A stretch of 63,942 bases of DNA, counting the filler, from Chrysochromulina tobinii (lineage: Eukaryota), in the NCBI GenBank assembly GCA_001275005.1. It is 5 parts of 5 records of this genome, joined end to end, with 100 filler letters (N's around TTAATTAATTAA, not from the genome) between each part and the next. Parts side by side here need not be neighbours in the genome. Positions count along the whole stretch, not along the records: positions 31,906 to 53,136 come from JWZX01001257.1; 4 more parts are not named here. One strand, written 5' to 3'. The translations under genes were made by a program, and so were the position numbers. The notes beneath the pieces are model-generated. The model was given only the letters and a program-made list of their open reading frames with translations, was not told the DNA's origin and made no database searches. Of this stretch, positions 40,924 through 50,768 are shown piece after piece (within the stretch, counting starts at the first letter, position 1; each line of letters opens with the position of its first letter).

Positions 40924-41201
40924 TGAAGATTGCGGCTGACCTGATGAAGATCGCGAACTTACAACTCGGCGTGTTTCATTCAAATATCGTAGGAGCAGTG
41001 GGTTGAAGGTATCCACACAACAAGAATATGCTTCCAGGTGGAGTACTGTTCAGACACAGAGTACGTGCAGGCTTTTATTTATCCATTGAAGGATTTGATT
41101 TGACTTGACTTGTCATCGAAGGCTTTGGCGGACTTGACTTGTCTTGACTCTCTTGGCGGGCGCTGTGCACAATTTGGGCTCAGCTTGCCGAGCGCGGATT
41201 G

Positions 41202-42341
41202 ATGTCCACGAAAACGGCCAGCAGCCCAGCGGCGCCCAAGTCGAACCGAAAGGGGCCCAAGTCGACGCGGGGCGAGTCCCCTAAGCGCTCCCAAAAATCG
41301 GCACGCAAGAAGGGTAAGACACCACGCGCCAAGCCGACCGGGGCGGGCGAGGGGCTCTCGAGCGAAGCTGCGATCCTGATGTCGGAAGTGTTCAAGACAA
41401 ATCACTCATCGGCACCGTCGGTGTCGGGCGTGGAGGATGAGACGGAATTGCAAGCCAAAGGCCTGCGCGAGCAAGGCAAGTATGGAGACGCCGAGCGGCT
41501 CTGGCGGCAGGTGCTTGCGGCACGCCGCACGGCCCTCGGGGATCGGCATGCGAGCACCGTGTCGACGCTCGACCAGCTGGGTGCAACGCTGTACATGAAG
41601 GGCGACCTGGTGGGTGCCGAGGAGCTGCTGCTCGAGGCACTCGAGGCCCGTCGAGCGACTCTCGGCGACCAGCACCCTGACACGGTCGCGTCCGTCTCCT
41701 CGTGCGGAATGCTGCTCAAAGATATGGGAGACCTGGCGCGCGCGGAGCCGCTGCTGCGAGAGGCAGTGACGGCGATGCGCGAGTCGATCGGCGAGCACCA
41801 CCCAGACGCGCTCATTTGCATGGCGAACCTCGGCGTCCTGCTCAAGGACAAGGGCGATTTGGATGCTGCGGAACCGTTGTTGCGCGATGCGTTGCGAGCG
41901 ATGCGTGAGACGCTCGGCGACGCGCACCCGGCGACGCTGGTCAATATCGTGCAGCTGGGCCTCGTGCTGATGGCCAAGAAGGAGTACGGCGTAGCAGAAG
42001 GGTTACTGGTCGAGGCGCTCCAGGCATGCCGCTTTCATTTTGGAGACGCGCACCCCCAGACGCTCGCCTCGATCACGCACCTCGCCTCGCTCTACGAGGC
42101 CACGGGCGACATTGAGACCGCGCTGCCACTGCACCAGGAGGTCCTCGCCGGCTTCGAAGCGACCAACCACCCGATGACCGTGCGTTGTGCCGACCATGTC
42201 TCGACCCTCCTCCGTGCCATCAGCCGGGAAGACGAGGCGGATGCGCTCTTCTCAAAGTTCCGCGAATGGACGTTCGAGCCTGAGACAGATGCGGCGATCG
42301 ACGCGGTAGCCGAAGATGATGAGCCCGAGCTTCTCAGCTGA
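41202..42341 (+). CDS. TPR protein (kinesin light chain/NPHP3-type 42-aa repeats)
   Basis: Repeated GDLxxAEPLLREAL..RETLG..HP.T units; basic N-terminus. Confidence 0.88.
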   Translation: MSTKTASSPAAPKSNRKGPKSTRGESPKRSQKSARKKGKTPRAKPTGAGEGLSSEAAILMSEVFKTNHSSAPSVSGVEDETELQAKGLREQGKYGDAERLWRQVLAARRTALGDRHASTVSTLDQLGATLYMKGDLVGAEELLLEALEARRATLGDQHPDTVASVSSCGMLLKDMGDLARAEPLLREAVTAMRESIGEHHPDALICMANLGVLLKDKGDLDAAEPLLRDALRAMRETLGDAHPATLVNIVQLGLVLMAKKEYGVAEGLLVEALQACRFHFGDAHPQTLASITHLASLYEATGDIETALPLHQEVLAGFEATNHPMTVRCADHVSTLLRAISREDEADALFSKFREWTFEPETDAAIDAVAEDDEPELLS

Positions 42342-42791
42342 GCTCGGAGTGAAGCTCGGAGCGAGCGGTGGGCTGAATCTCTTGAGGCGTAACAACTGTC
42401 TCTCGACTGTGTTCTGTGACGCTCACGCTCGCAGTGGCGATTCCTCAGATCATCGACGACGGCTCGATCGACGTATCACCGGTGGACGGTGATATTAGGG
42501 CTGTTCGGGGGCATGAGCTCAGTGAAGGTTTTCCAGATTTGTTATACACGTGAATTCAACAATTGGAATATAATTTGTGAAACGAGGTCAAGCGAAGGCG
42601 AGGGCGAGGACGCCAGCTCGCCAGGTGGTGAGGTGCGGTGCAGCGACCACGCCAGGAACAGCAGGAAGTACGCTGGCTATAGTACGGGACGGCTTCAAGA
42701 AATGGAAGCTGTGCGCTCCACATCGCGAGCTTGAGTAAGAAGCGTTGTTGAACGTCTACGAGGTGTGAAATCCAATGGGTGACTTGTGAAT

Positions 42792-44525
42792 ATGAAAGGT
42801 ATCTTTGCCAATGTAAACCGTCAAAAAGCGTCAATGGACTCGGACCTCTCCCGCTCCGTCTGGCACACGGCATGTGACCACATCTTCTCCGAGCTGTGCG
42901 AGAGCCGCGGCGTGGCGGTGCCCGATCTGGGAACCTTCTCGATCGACGTGATCACGACCTTCCACGGCACACAGGGCACACGGATTGAGAGGCGCCCAAG
43001 CCTGACACTCTCGGCCAACTTTGAGAAACTCGGCGTGCGCCTGCCGGCGGCACGTCCAGCGGCCGGTGGAACGCGTCTCATCGGCTGGCAGCAGATCGCC
43101 CTGAAATGCGGCGAGGCTGTCGACCGGGATCTGGCGCGGCGCTTGGTCGCCTCCTTGCTCGCCGGGTTTGCGAGCCAGGTGGCTGCAATGGCCGCGTCCG
43201 GCGCGCGATCGAGCTCAAGCCTCGACCTCGGCCGCTGCGGCACGTTGCGGATTGTGCGCTGCGGCGAGCCGAGCCGGCCTCGCTGGCGAGAGCCACGTGT
43301 GCAGTTTTCGTCGGAGCTGCTCGACGCCGTTCGACGCGGCGGCGGACCGCACGCCACATCCTCGGGTGTTGCGGCGGCGGTGGAACCACGCCGTGTTGCG
43401 CTTGGCCTCGCCTCCTCTGGTCGACCGCTACGTAGCGAGCGAGAAAACGACGAGGCCGACGACGAGCGAGGCGGCGTTATCGGCGACGGAGCGGACGCCG
43501 CCGCTGACGATGAGGGTGGCAGCTCTTTCATCTCTCTGGAACGTCTGAGCCGACTCATGGCGCTCGGTGGCACCGCATGGGCTGAGACGGTCCAGGCGGC
43601 CGCACCACCCGACGCGCGTGCAGCACAGCTCGCCCCGGAGCCGCCAGATGTGGGCGAGGCCGCAGCGCTCGCGGCGCTGGCCGCGTCGGATGAAGCGCTC
43701 GCTACCGAGAAAGTCGCCGCCGCCGGCACCGCCATCCTCGTTGACAAAGTTGCCAACCTCCAAACTGCGCGCCCGTTCTCAGCCGCCGGCAGGTTGCGCC
43801 TGCCGTTAGACGCGTTGCCGCGGGCGCCACCCGAAGCGGACGAATGGGCCGTGTACAAGAACATGAGCGCATGGCACTACGAGGTGCCGACATGGCTGTT
43901 GCCTACCGCTGAGCGGCGCCAACGTGCGCTGCTCGATGAAGACAACCTACGCGCCGCACGCCTCCGTCGCGCCTTCAGCGCCAAGGCGACCGCCCGCGGA
44001 GCGCCAGGGGCGCCCGTGCGTCACTCGGGCGAACGCGCGGAGGCGGGAGTGCTGACGCTTCTTCGTCGTCTCTCGCCTCGCATGCAAGTGCTCACCACGG
44101 CGCACCCCGGAGAAGAAACGCTTCGTCGTCGTCTCCCGACCCCATCCGGCCTGGCGGCCGAGGCACCGTCGGGCAAAGGCGCCGCCACACGTGCGGGCGT
44201 CACACGTGCGGGCACGGCGCGCGAGAAGCCACGCGAGCCTGACTCGACGCACGATGACGAGCCGTTGGACGAGACGCCCCTCACGTCGGAGGTGCGAGCT
44301 CTGCTCGAGCAGAAGCACGTGCTCGAGGCGAGGCTGCTCACGCTCGAGCTGCAGCTCGTCGAGACGGCGAGTGTGCACTCCCGAGCCTCTACCCGAGCGC
44401 CGTCCCGAGCATCTGCGCGAGCGTCCGTCGCCTCTGCCCGCTCGTCGAGGGCGACGGCACGCCGCTCGGAGGCTGCGAGCATGCATGCGTGCATGCGCCT
44501 TTCGCAGGCTTCGAGCATTGCATGA
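42792..44525 (+). CDS. Protein with CCDC81-like HU/IHF-fold N-terminal domains
   Basis: VWHTACDHIFSELCESRGVAVPDLGTFSI and IALKC...LDLGRCGTLRI resemble the two CCDC81 HU domains; C-terminal coiled coil; gene model uncertain. Confidence 0.55.
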   Translation: MKGIFANVNRQKASMDSDLSRSVWHTACDHIFSELCESRGVAVPDLGTFSIDVITTFHGTQGTRIERRPSLTLSANFEKLGVRLPAARPAAGGTRLIGWQQIALKCGEAVDRDLARRLVASLLAGFASQVAAMAASGARSSSSLDLGRCGTLRIVRCGEPSRPRWREPRVQFSSELLDAVRRGGGPHATSSGVAAAVEPRRVALGLASSGRPLRSERENDEADDERGGVIGDGADAAADDEGGSSFISLERLSRLMALGGTAWAETVQAAAPPDARAAQLAPEPPDVGEAAALAALAASDEALATEKVAAAGTAILVDKVANLQTARPFSAAGRLRLPLDALPRAPPEADEWAVYKNMSAWHYEVPTWLLPTAERRQRALLDEDNLRAARLRRAFSAKATARGAPGAPVRHSGERAEAGVLTLLRRLSPRMQVLTTAHPGEETLRRRLPTPSGLAAEAPSGKGAATRAGVTRAGTAREKPREPDSTHDDEPLDETPLTSEVRALLEQKHVLEARLLTLELQLVETASVHSRASTRAPSRASARASVASARSSRATARRSEAASMHACMRLSQASSIA

Positions 44526-44962
44526 GACGATGAGCGCTGATGGTGATGCCGGTCCCGGCCCCGGTGGCCCCCGGGTGGTCCCGGTGTTGCAAACAGACTG
44601 CGGACTCCTGAATACCTCCGACATGACCTCTCGCTCCCGTCATACTGAGCGATGACGCGGTCCGAGGCGAGAGGGTCAGGGAGCGCGGCGACGGAGCTCC
44701 CGGTCGACGTCGTAGTACTGGCGACGCGAGACGTAGGGAGAGGAGAGAGAGGAGTCAGATTCCCCGGCGCGGTGTCGGTCTACCCCTGGGCGCTGGGCCG
44801 CCCCCCGGGGCTCCGCGCGGGTCGGCGGACGCGGAACCGTTGAAAACCCGCGTTACGTCCGCCCGCGTCCGCCCCCGCGCGACTGTGTAACTAATGGTTG
44901 CAGCTCTCGCCGGGTTCCCAAATTCTTGCCATTACCCACGCACATAGCCCTTTACACCTACG

Positions 44963-46639
44963 TCATGCCATTTCTGGAAAAGGCAACGCCGGGCGGAGCT
45001 CGCTGGTGCCCGCACTCAGGTCCCAAACGCCATAGCTCAGGGGCGAAACGGTGGTGACGCGCTCGAAGGCGTCCCGACGGATCGGTGCGAAGGGCTCGGG
45101 CGGCAGCAGATGCATGAACAGGATCGTGTGCATCGGAAATTGCGTCATGTGCGCGTCCCAGACGGCGTCTGTGAAGGCGAAGACGGTGGCGCGCTCGCCC
45201 GCCGCGAAGTGGTGCGGTGCGCACAGCAATTCCCCTTGACGATCGTAGTAATAGCTCTGCGCACCGTCGCGCTCCGAGAAAAACATGGGCGTCGACGCGT
45301 TGTCGTGGCAGATCAGCTCGTCCGCCGCACGCGCCATCAGCGCAGCGCGCAGCGCGGACACGTCTTCACACCAGCGTGGGGCTGCCTGCTGCATCGTCTT
45401 CACACCTGCCTGCAGCATCGTCGGCGCGCGCGTACAGTTAGCAATGCCCAAACCGAAGCTGTCGGGATGTTGCTCGCCGCGGAGGAGCAGGACGCCAGTG
45501 AGGCGTGCACGGTGGCTGTGCAACCACGCGGGTGGCACAATGCGCCCTCCGCTCGCCATCGTCACCGTCCACCACATGAGCGTGGGGGACGGGCTGACAG
45601 GATAACGTGCGAGCATATCTCGTTCGCAGGCGGCCGTGTAGGGATACCAGATGAGGAGCTTGCCGATCGGAGTGCACGGCGTGGGCGCGAGCACGAAACG
45701 CACGCGCAGCCAGAAGCGCAGCGGCGACGGCGCGACCGAAGAAGACGGCCGGGAGTCGACAAACTGCGCGAACACGTTGAGGGGCTCAGCGCCTCGCACG
45801 CGGCAGAAGCCCGCAGGCGTGGCTGTAGTGTAGCCGCGCTCCGTGCGGCGGTAGTCGCCGTGGGTCTCCATGTAGTGCTGCTGTGAGCCCGCTGCGAAAA
45901 GGGTGCCTCGCACCACGTGGATGTGGTGTACGTGCAGTGGCGGGAAGGTCAAGGAGACGCCGGTCTCGTCCACTCCATCGGCTGTGAACTCGAGCACACC
46001 CTCTGCCTGGGCGAGTGGGTTGGTGGGGAGGCTGTCGAGGATCTGCTGGGGCAGCCATGCGCTGATCCACTCACCTGGCATGGTGCTAATGGGGCCGAAC
46101 CATAGTGTGTGCTTCGAGGGCGACGAGGCGCTTGTGACGAAGGCACGGTGCATCCCGTCGACGCCTTCCTGGCAAGCGTCCGGCGTGCTCTGCATGAGGC
46201 GGATGCACTCATCGAGCTTTTCAAATGGAGTCGACTCCACAGCATCGTGCACGCCGTATGGAGCAGCGATGCGGGGAGCCGAGGGGTCCGCGAAGGCGGG
46301 CAAGGATAGTGTCGGAGGCAAGGCTGGCAGAGGAGGAGGCCGTGCCGGGTATGCTGCGTCCACTGGCCGTTGGGACGACTTCAACCGAAAGAAACTTGGA
46401 ACGCCATGTTCGGTCTTGAGTGCGTACAGCAGAATGCCCGCACCAAGCACGAAACACAGCATTCGGGACGCAGTCCGGACCCCAGGAGCTCGCTGCTGAC
46501 AGAGCCATCGCACACGCGGGCGTGAATCGCGGCCGCCGTGAACCGTGCTTTCGGCAGCGGCGACATCCTCCCCATCAGCACCTGCCCCGTCGACGATGGT
46601 GAGCGGTCGGAACGAGCCCTTCCCCAACGACGGCGACAT
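44963..46639 (-). CDS. Type II membrane protein with His-rich motifs, resembling copper type II monooxygenases (PHM/DBH-like)
   Basis: TM MLCFVLGAGILLYAL; PPLHVHHIHV, METHGD, WLHSHR, YYYDRQG, FPMHTILF. Confidence 0.55.
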   Translation of the reverse strand: MSPSLGKGSFRPLTIVDGAGADGEDVAAAESTVHGGRDSRPRVRWLCQQRAPGVRTASRMLCFVLGAGILLYALKTEHGVPSFFRLKSSQRPVDAAYPARPPPLPALPPTLSLPAFADPSAPRIAAPYGVHDAVESTPFEKLDECIRLMQSTPDACQEGVDGMHRAFVTSASSPSKHTLWFGPISTMPGEWISAWLPQQILDSLPTNPLAQAEGVLEFTADGVDETGVSLTFPPLHVHHIHVVRGTLFAAGSQQHYMETHGDYRRTERGYTTATPAGFCRVRGAEPLNVFAQFVDSRPSSSVAPSPLRFWLRVRFVLAPTPCTPIGKLLIWYPYTAACERDMLARYPVSPSPTLMWWTVTMASGGRIVPPAWLHSHRARLTGVLLLRGEQHPDSFGLGIANCTRAPTMLQAGVKTMQQAAPRWCEDVSALRAALMARAADELICHDNASTPMFFSERDGAQSYYYDRQGELLCAPHHFAAGERATVFAFTDAVWDAHMTQFPMHTILFMHLLPPEPFAPIRRDAFERVTTVSPLSYGVWDLSAGTSELRPALPFPEMA

Positions 46640-46859
46640 GATCAAGAAGAAAGAAGACGAGCATTAGGGACGAAGTGGTTACCGGTACTGTACTGTACCG
46701 GTAAGTGTCTTTTAACAGCTCCATCCTCCAAAAGTTGTTCCATGAGATCATACCACGTGGGCAAACGACACGGTGAAGTCACGCAGTCGCCTCATTGGCT
46801 TATTTCTCACTGAATGGAACTCACTACTTGCTCACTGTGCTAAACCTGAAGCCTCACGC

Positions 46860-48818
46860 TCAGTTCGCGTCAACGACCTCGAAGTCGTCCTCTGCCGGCG
46901 GGGCGGGGGCCTGCTTCGCGACCATCTCGAACGCGCCTTCCTTCGGCGCGAACGCGTAGTCCTTGAATGGACCCGCCTCGAGGGCCGCGAGTTGCAGGCG
47001 CACCGCGTCGAACACGGCATCGTCGAGCGCCGTCCGGAGGGTCTGCTCGGGCGTCGGGCCGGAGCGCACGACCTTGGTCGTGGTCTGGATCGAGCCGTCG
47101 GGCATCACCGCCGTCTCGGTAACTTCCTCCTCGTCGCCGACCAGGTCGGCGCCCGACACGACCAGCTTGAGCAACGCCGGCGAGTAGCCTGAGAGGAGCT
47201 GCACGTTGGGCGTGTCCTTGGCCACCGGGAAGCCTACCGTGTTCGCGCGCAGGTTCCAGAAGATAATGCGCGGGGCCGCGTACGGCGCACCGCACACTCG
47301 CTGGCCCACCTCGGCGAACCGACGCTGGAGGCGCTCGAAGGCGGTCTCCCACCTTCCGCCATGGCCGCGCGCCTCATCGAACTGCATGTCGCTGAAGACG
47401 ATCAGGTTGGGTACCTCGTCGGGCGGCAGCTTGGCCGCCTCGGCCGCCCCGAGGATGCGCTCACACGCGGCCTCGAAGTTGGTCGACCCCCCCCAGGGCG
47501 CCTGCTCGCACGCGCGCACCTTGTCACGGATGCTCGTGTGCGACGACAGGTCGACCCAGTTGGGCTCCGACTCGAAGGTCAGCACGCGATCGCGGAAGGT
47601 TGGCGCCGCGAGCTCGGACACGAGGATTCCGAGCGCGATAGCAGCCTCCATCGGCGTGCCACTCATCGAGGCCGAAACGTCGACCAACGCTACGAGCTTG
47701 CCCAGGTCCACGTGCTTGGGCAGAGCCCGCTCGAGCGCCGCAAGCGAGCCGAGGCCAGCTGCAGCGGGTGCCGCCGCCTCGAGGACTTGGAGATCGCGAA
47801 GTTCCGCAGCCTTGCGCATCGCCTCGAGCGTGCCCGCGCGAAGCGATGCCCACTGCGCGTTCATCAGGTCCGCCTCGAGCGTCGAGAGCGAGCCCCCCAT
47901 GCAATGCTGCACGATCTCGTGCGGCATCAGCGCCTTGCCCTGCACGCCCTTCTTGCTCACGATCGCCTCGCGCAGGTGCAGGCGGGCGGCGACGCGGGCG
48001 GGGTCGTCCGGGTGCCGGTTACCCGTGGCATCCTGAGCCGGCTTGAGCACACCCTTAAGCTCCTCATTGAGGAACGCCTTGCGGTGGCGCTGCAGGCAAA
48101 GCGACGCGACACGATCGAAGCGAATCTCCTCCCACCGGCCCGCAGCCATCAGCACCTCAGTTGTGCAGAGCTGACTGTTCAGGCACGAGCACAGCTTGCG
48201 GTACTTGCGTGCTGAGGCAGCCGGGTTGGCGGAGCCGAAGAGCCGCTGCGCAAGGCGCTGGGCCAAGCGCAGCGGACCCTTGTCAAATTTCGTGCCCTCT
48301 CGGGGTGCATACTTCGCCACCAGCGAGAGGCTCGGGATTCGCTTATCCGCCGTGGCAGCTGAGCTCTCCGCCTCGTCCGCCAAGAGTTGCTGACAGATGA
48401 GCTCTTCGCTCTTGTCGGCTAGCGCCCGAGGGCAGTCGTCCGACGCGAGCAGGTGAACGAGGTCCTTCCAGTATCCGTAATGCGGGAGCAGGCCCAGCAC
48501 TGCGGCCACGGATTCCTCGCCGAACTCCTTGGCGCAGAGCTTCAGGAGCTGGTACGTGAGCTCTTTCTCACCCTTGCCGTGGCCACGAGTGGCGCGGGTC
48601 TGGAATGCGAGCAAGATCAGGTCCGCCTTTGCCTCCGGCTTGGTCGCCTCGGTGACCGCGGCAGAAAAGAGGCTTGCCAACTCTTCGGCGTCGAGCCCGC
48701 GAACGAGCTTGAAGAAGAGGTCGAGCAGGCCCGAGCTGGTCTTCTTCAGGCACGCGTCGCCGTTGGAAGTGACGGTGCGCGAGTCGACGAGGTCCATGGT
48801 AGCGATGAAGGCGCTCAT
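46860..48818 (-). CDS. DUF2828 + vWA domain protein (TROVE/Ro60-like architecture)
   Basis: TSNGD, LDLFF, RATRGHGKGEK, YGYWKDL, AKYAPRE, VDVSASM (MIDAS), WGGSTNF, VFSDMQFD, IIFWNLR, LSGYSP. Confidence 0.88.
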   Translation of the reverse strand: MSAFIATMDLVDSRTVTSNGDACLKKTSSGLLDLFFKLVRGLDAEELASLFSAAVTEATKPEAKADLILLAFQTRATRGHGKGEKELTYQLLKLCAKEFGEESVAAVLGLLPHYGYWKDLVHLLASDDCPRALADKSEELICQQLLADEAESSAATADKRIPSLSLVAKYAPREGTKFDKGPLRLAQRLAQRLFGSANPAASARKYRKLCSCLNSQLCTTEVLMAAGRWEEIRFDRVASLCLQRHRKAFLNEELKGVLKPAQDATGNRHPDDPARVAARLHLREAIVSKKGVQGKALMPHEIVQHCMGGSLSTLEADLMNAQWASLRAGTLEAMRKAAELRDLQVLEAAAPAAAGLGSLAALERALPKHVDLGKLVALVDVSASMSGTPMEAAIALGILVSELAAPTFRDRVLTFESEPNWVDLSSHTSIRDKVRACEQAPWGGSTNFEAACERILGAAEAAKLPPDEVPNLIVFSDMQFDEARGHGGRWETAFERLQRRFAEVGQRVCGAPYAAPRIIFWNLRANTVGFPVAKDTPNVQLLSGYSPALLKLVVSGADLVGDEEEVTETAVMPDGSIQTTTKVVRSGPTPEQTLRTALDDAVFDAVRLQLAALEAGPFKDYAFAPKEGAFEMVAKQAPAPPAEDDFEVVDAN

Positions 48819-49018
48819 CCGTCGGAAAAGTGCGCGGATTGAGAAGGACTCGAGCACACACGGGAAAAAGCGCGCTCGCTTTTCCACCCCCAGAAAATTT
48901 GTCAATTCTCTCACCGATCCGTACCTGCTGTAACGCACCGGGTGACCGGGATCGGACGGTTAGGTTACCCCCCTCATACCAGTCGAGTGGGCAAAGGTCA
49001 CGGTCGGAGTCACGGGTG

Positions 49019-49953
49019 TCACGCAGAGGCGCTTCGTTGACTCGCACCCTTGCCGCCACTGGCTGCGTTGCCAAGTGCTCCTTGCCCTGGCTGCTCTGCT
49101 GCTCGTCCTCGTGCGCGCCTTTGCAGCCAGGGGCCGAGGATGCCTTTGAAGACGAGCCTCTCAATCGCGAGCATGCACAAGCTGACGCCGCAACAAAGAA
49201 CGACGACCGCCACACAAATGCCGATGAGGAGAGCTTCCCAACCCCACCTCCGAAACAAGGTTGCGGCGCTCGCGGCTGCAAACGTCAAGAAGCCAAGATG
49301 TCCACAAGCAATGAGGGTGATGAAGTACTTATAGTTGCCCTTCATTCCCTTGCCGGCAATGCACCGACCGAGCACTCCGCAATGGTGGTCGAAGTGCACC
49401 ACGCAGCGCTGGCACGTGCGGCAGTGATGCACGTCGACGTCGTCGGGCCGCCACAGGTGGCAGCGCACGCAATACACACGACCATCCACGCCGTCCAGGT
49501 TACCGAGGAGCGGCGGAGCCTCACCTCGGAGCACGCGTGCAATCTCTTCGGGCACGGGAAGGCATGTGTTCTTCGTGCGCTTGATTTCGCCAGGATCCCC
49601 GAGCTGGACTTCACATAGGCACACGAATGCAAGGAGGGCCTCGGACCAAATCAAGCCGCAGCATAACCACGTGTACCACGACTCGAGTGCGGCAACTGAA
49701 AAAAACGGGCGAGCGGGAACGCGTGTGTGAGGTCATGGAGACAGAGCACAGGTTCGGTTAAAAACTGACCTTGAACGAGAGCCGTCGTGCACGCAACGAA
49801 GATCGTGATCAAGCTGAGGACGAGCGTCGTGCCTCGCACGCGCTCCAGGTTCTGTGTGGCATAGTCTGGCGTTGGGAGTGGCGGCAAGTTTTCTAAAGGG
49901 TCGGCTATGGTGACGTTCGTCGAATCGTTGCCAAGCTGCGGCGTGAGTGCCAT
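49019..49953 (-). CDS. DHHC palmitoyltransferase; exons 49953-49770, 49695-49019
   Basis: CVRCHLWRP..VHHCRTCQRCVVHFDHHCGVLGRCI..NYKYF; TM helices; 74-nt GT-AG intron 49696-49769 joins the frames. Confidence 0.9.
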
Positions 49954-50768
49954 GCGGTCTTTTGCGACTGGTTGACAGCTTTCTCGCGACCTCCCGCGTC
50001 CGCTCGGCGATTCTGGCTTGGCTGAAAGCCACACCCTCTGTCGCCTGTTCTCCACCACGAGGGAGTCCGTGTGTTCGTTCTTCCCGAACTGTGAACCGAG
50101 TAAGTTTCGTTTCTGTCCTATAAGTCCCGTGCGTGTCCCGGCTCCCCCCGGTGTCTTTGAGCCCTCAAGCATCGCCCATTAAGCTGCCGTAACGTACCGG
50201 TACACAGACCGAGCGGAGCCGGAGGTGTGGTGGCGCGGCGTGGCGGCTGGCGCGGGCCGCGAGGAACGGGAACACGGGCCGGGGGTTACCGACAGTATCT
50301 CTAGAGCGAGTAAAGGATCCTTCCCGGGTGACTAGCTGCTATGTACGTACGGCGCCTATGCGCGCTACTGTGTCTACAGTGCATGTACTGCTGATCGCCT
50401 ACAACTTTACAATGGGAACGGGATCAGATCAGGTGAACTCTCCCCTCGCGATGCATCAACTTGTCGGCGGCCTCCATGTCAACAAGGGTCTCCTCAACCG
50501 TCCCGCGCCCGGCTTGTGCGACGCGCGGCTCTACAAGGACCAATGCGCATATAGCTCAGAGAAGGGCACTTCGTCGCGAGAACCGGCGAAGATCTTATTC
50601 AGAGTCGCTTCCACAAGCTCCGCTAGATCCCTTGCCGTAATCGGACGCCGGTCCGGTGCTGCGGTGCTTTGGTGTCGAGTATAACCCTTGGCTGTGAATC
50701 GCACCGCCCAGACTGTGAATCGCGCCGCCCAGACCCGGGATCTCGCCACGCCGCACGCGACCCAAGAC

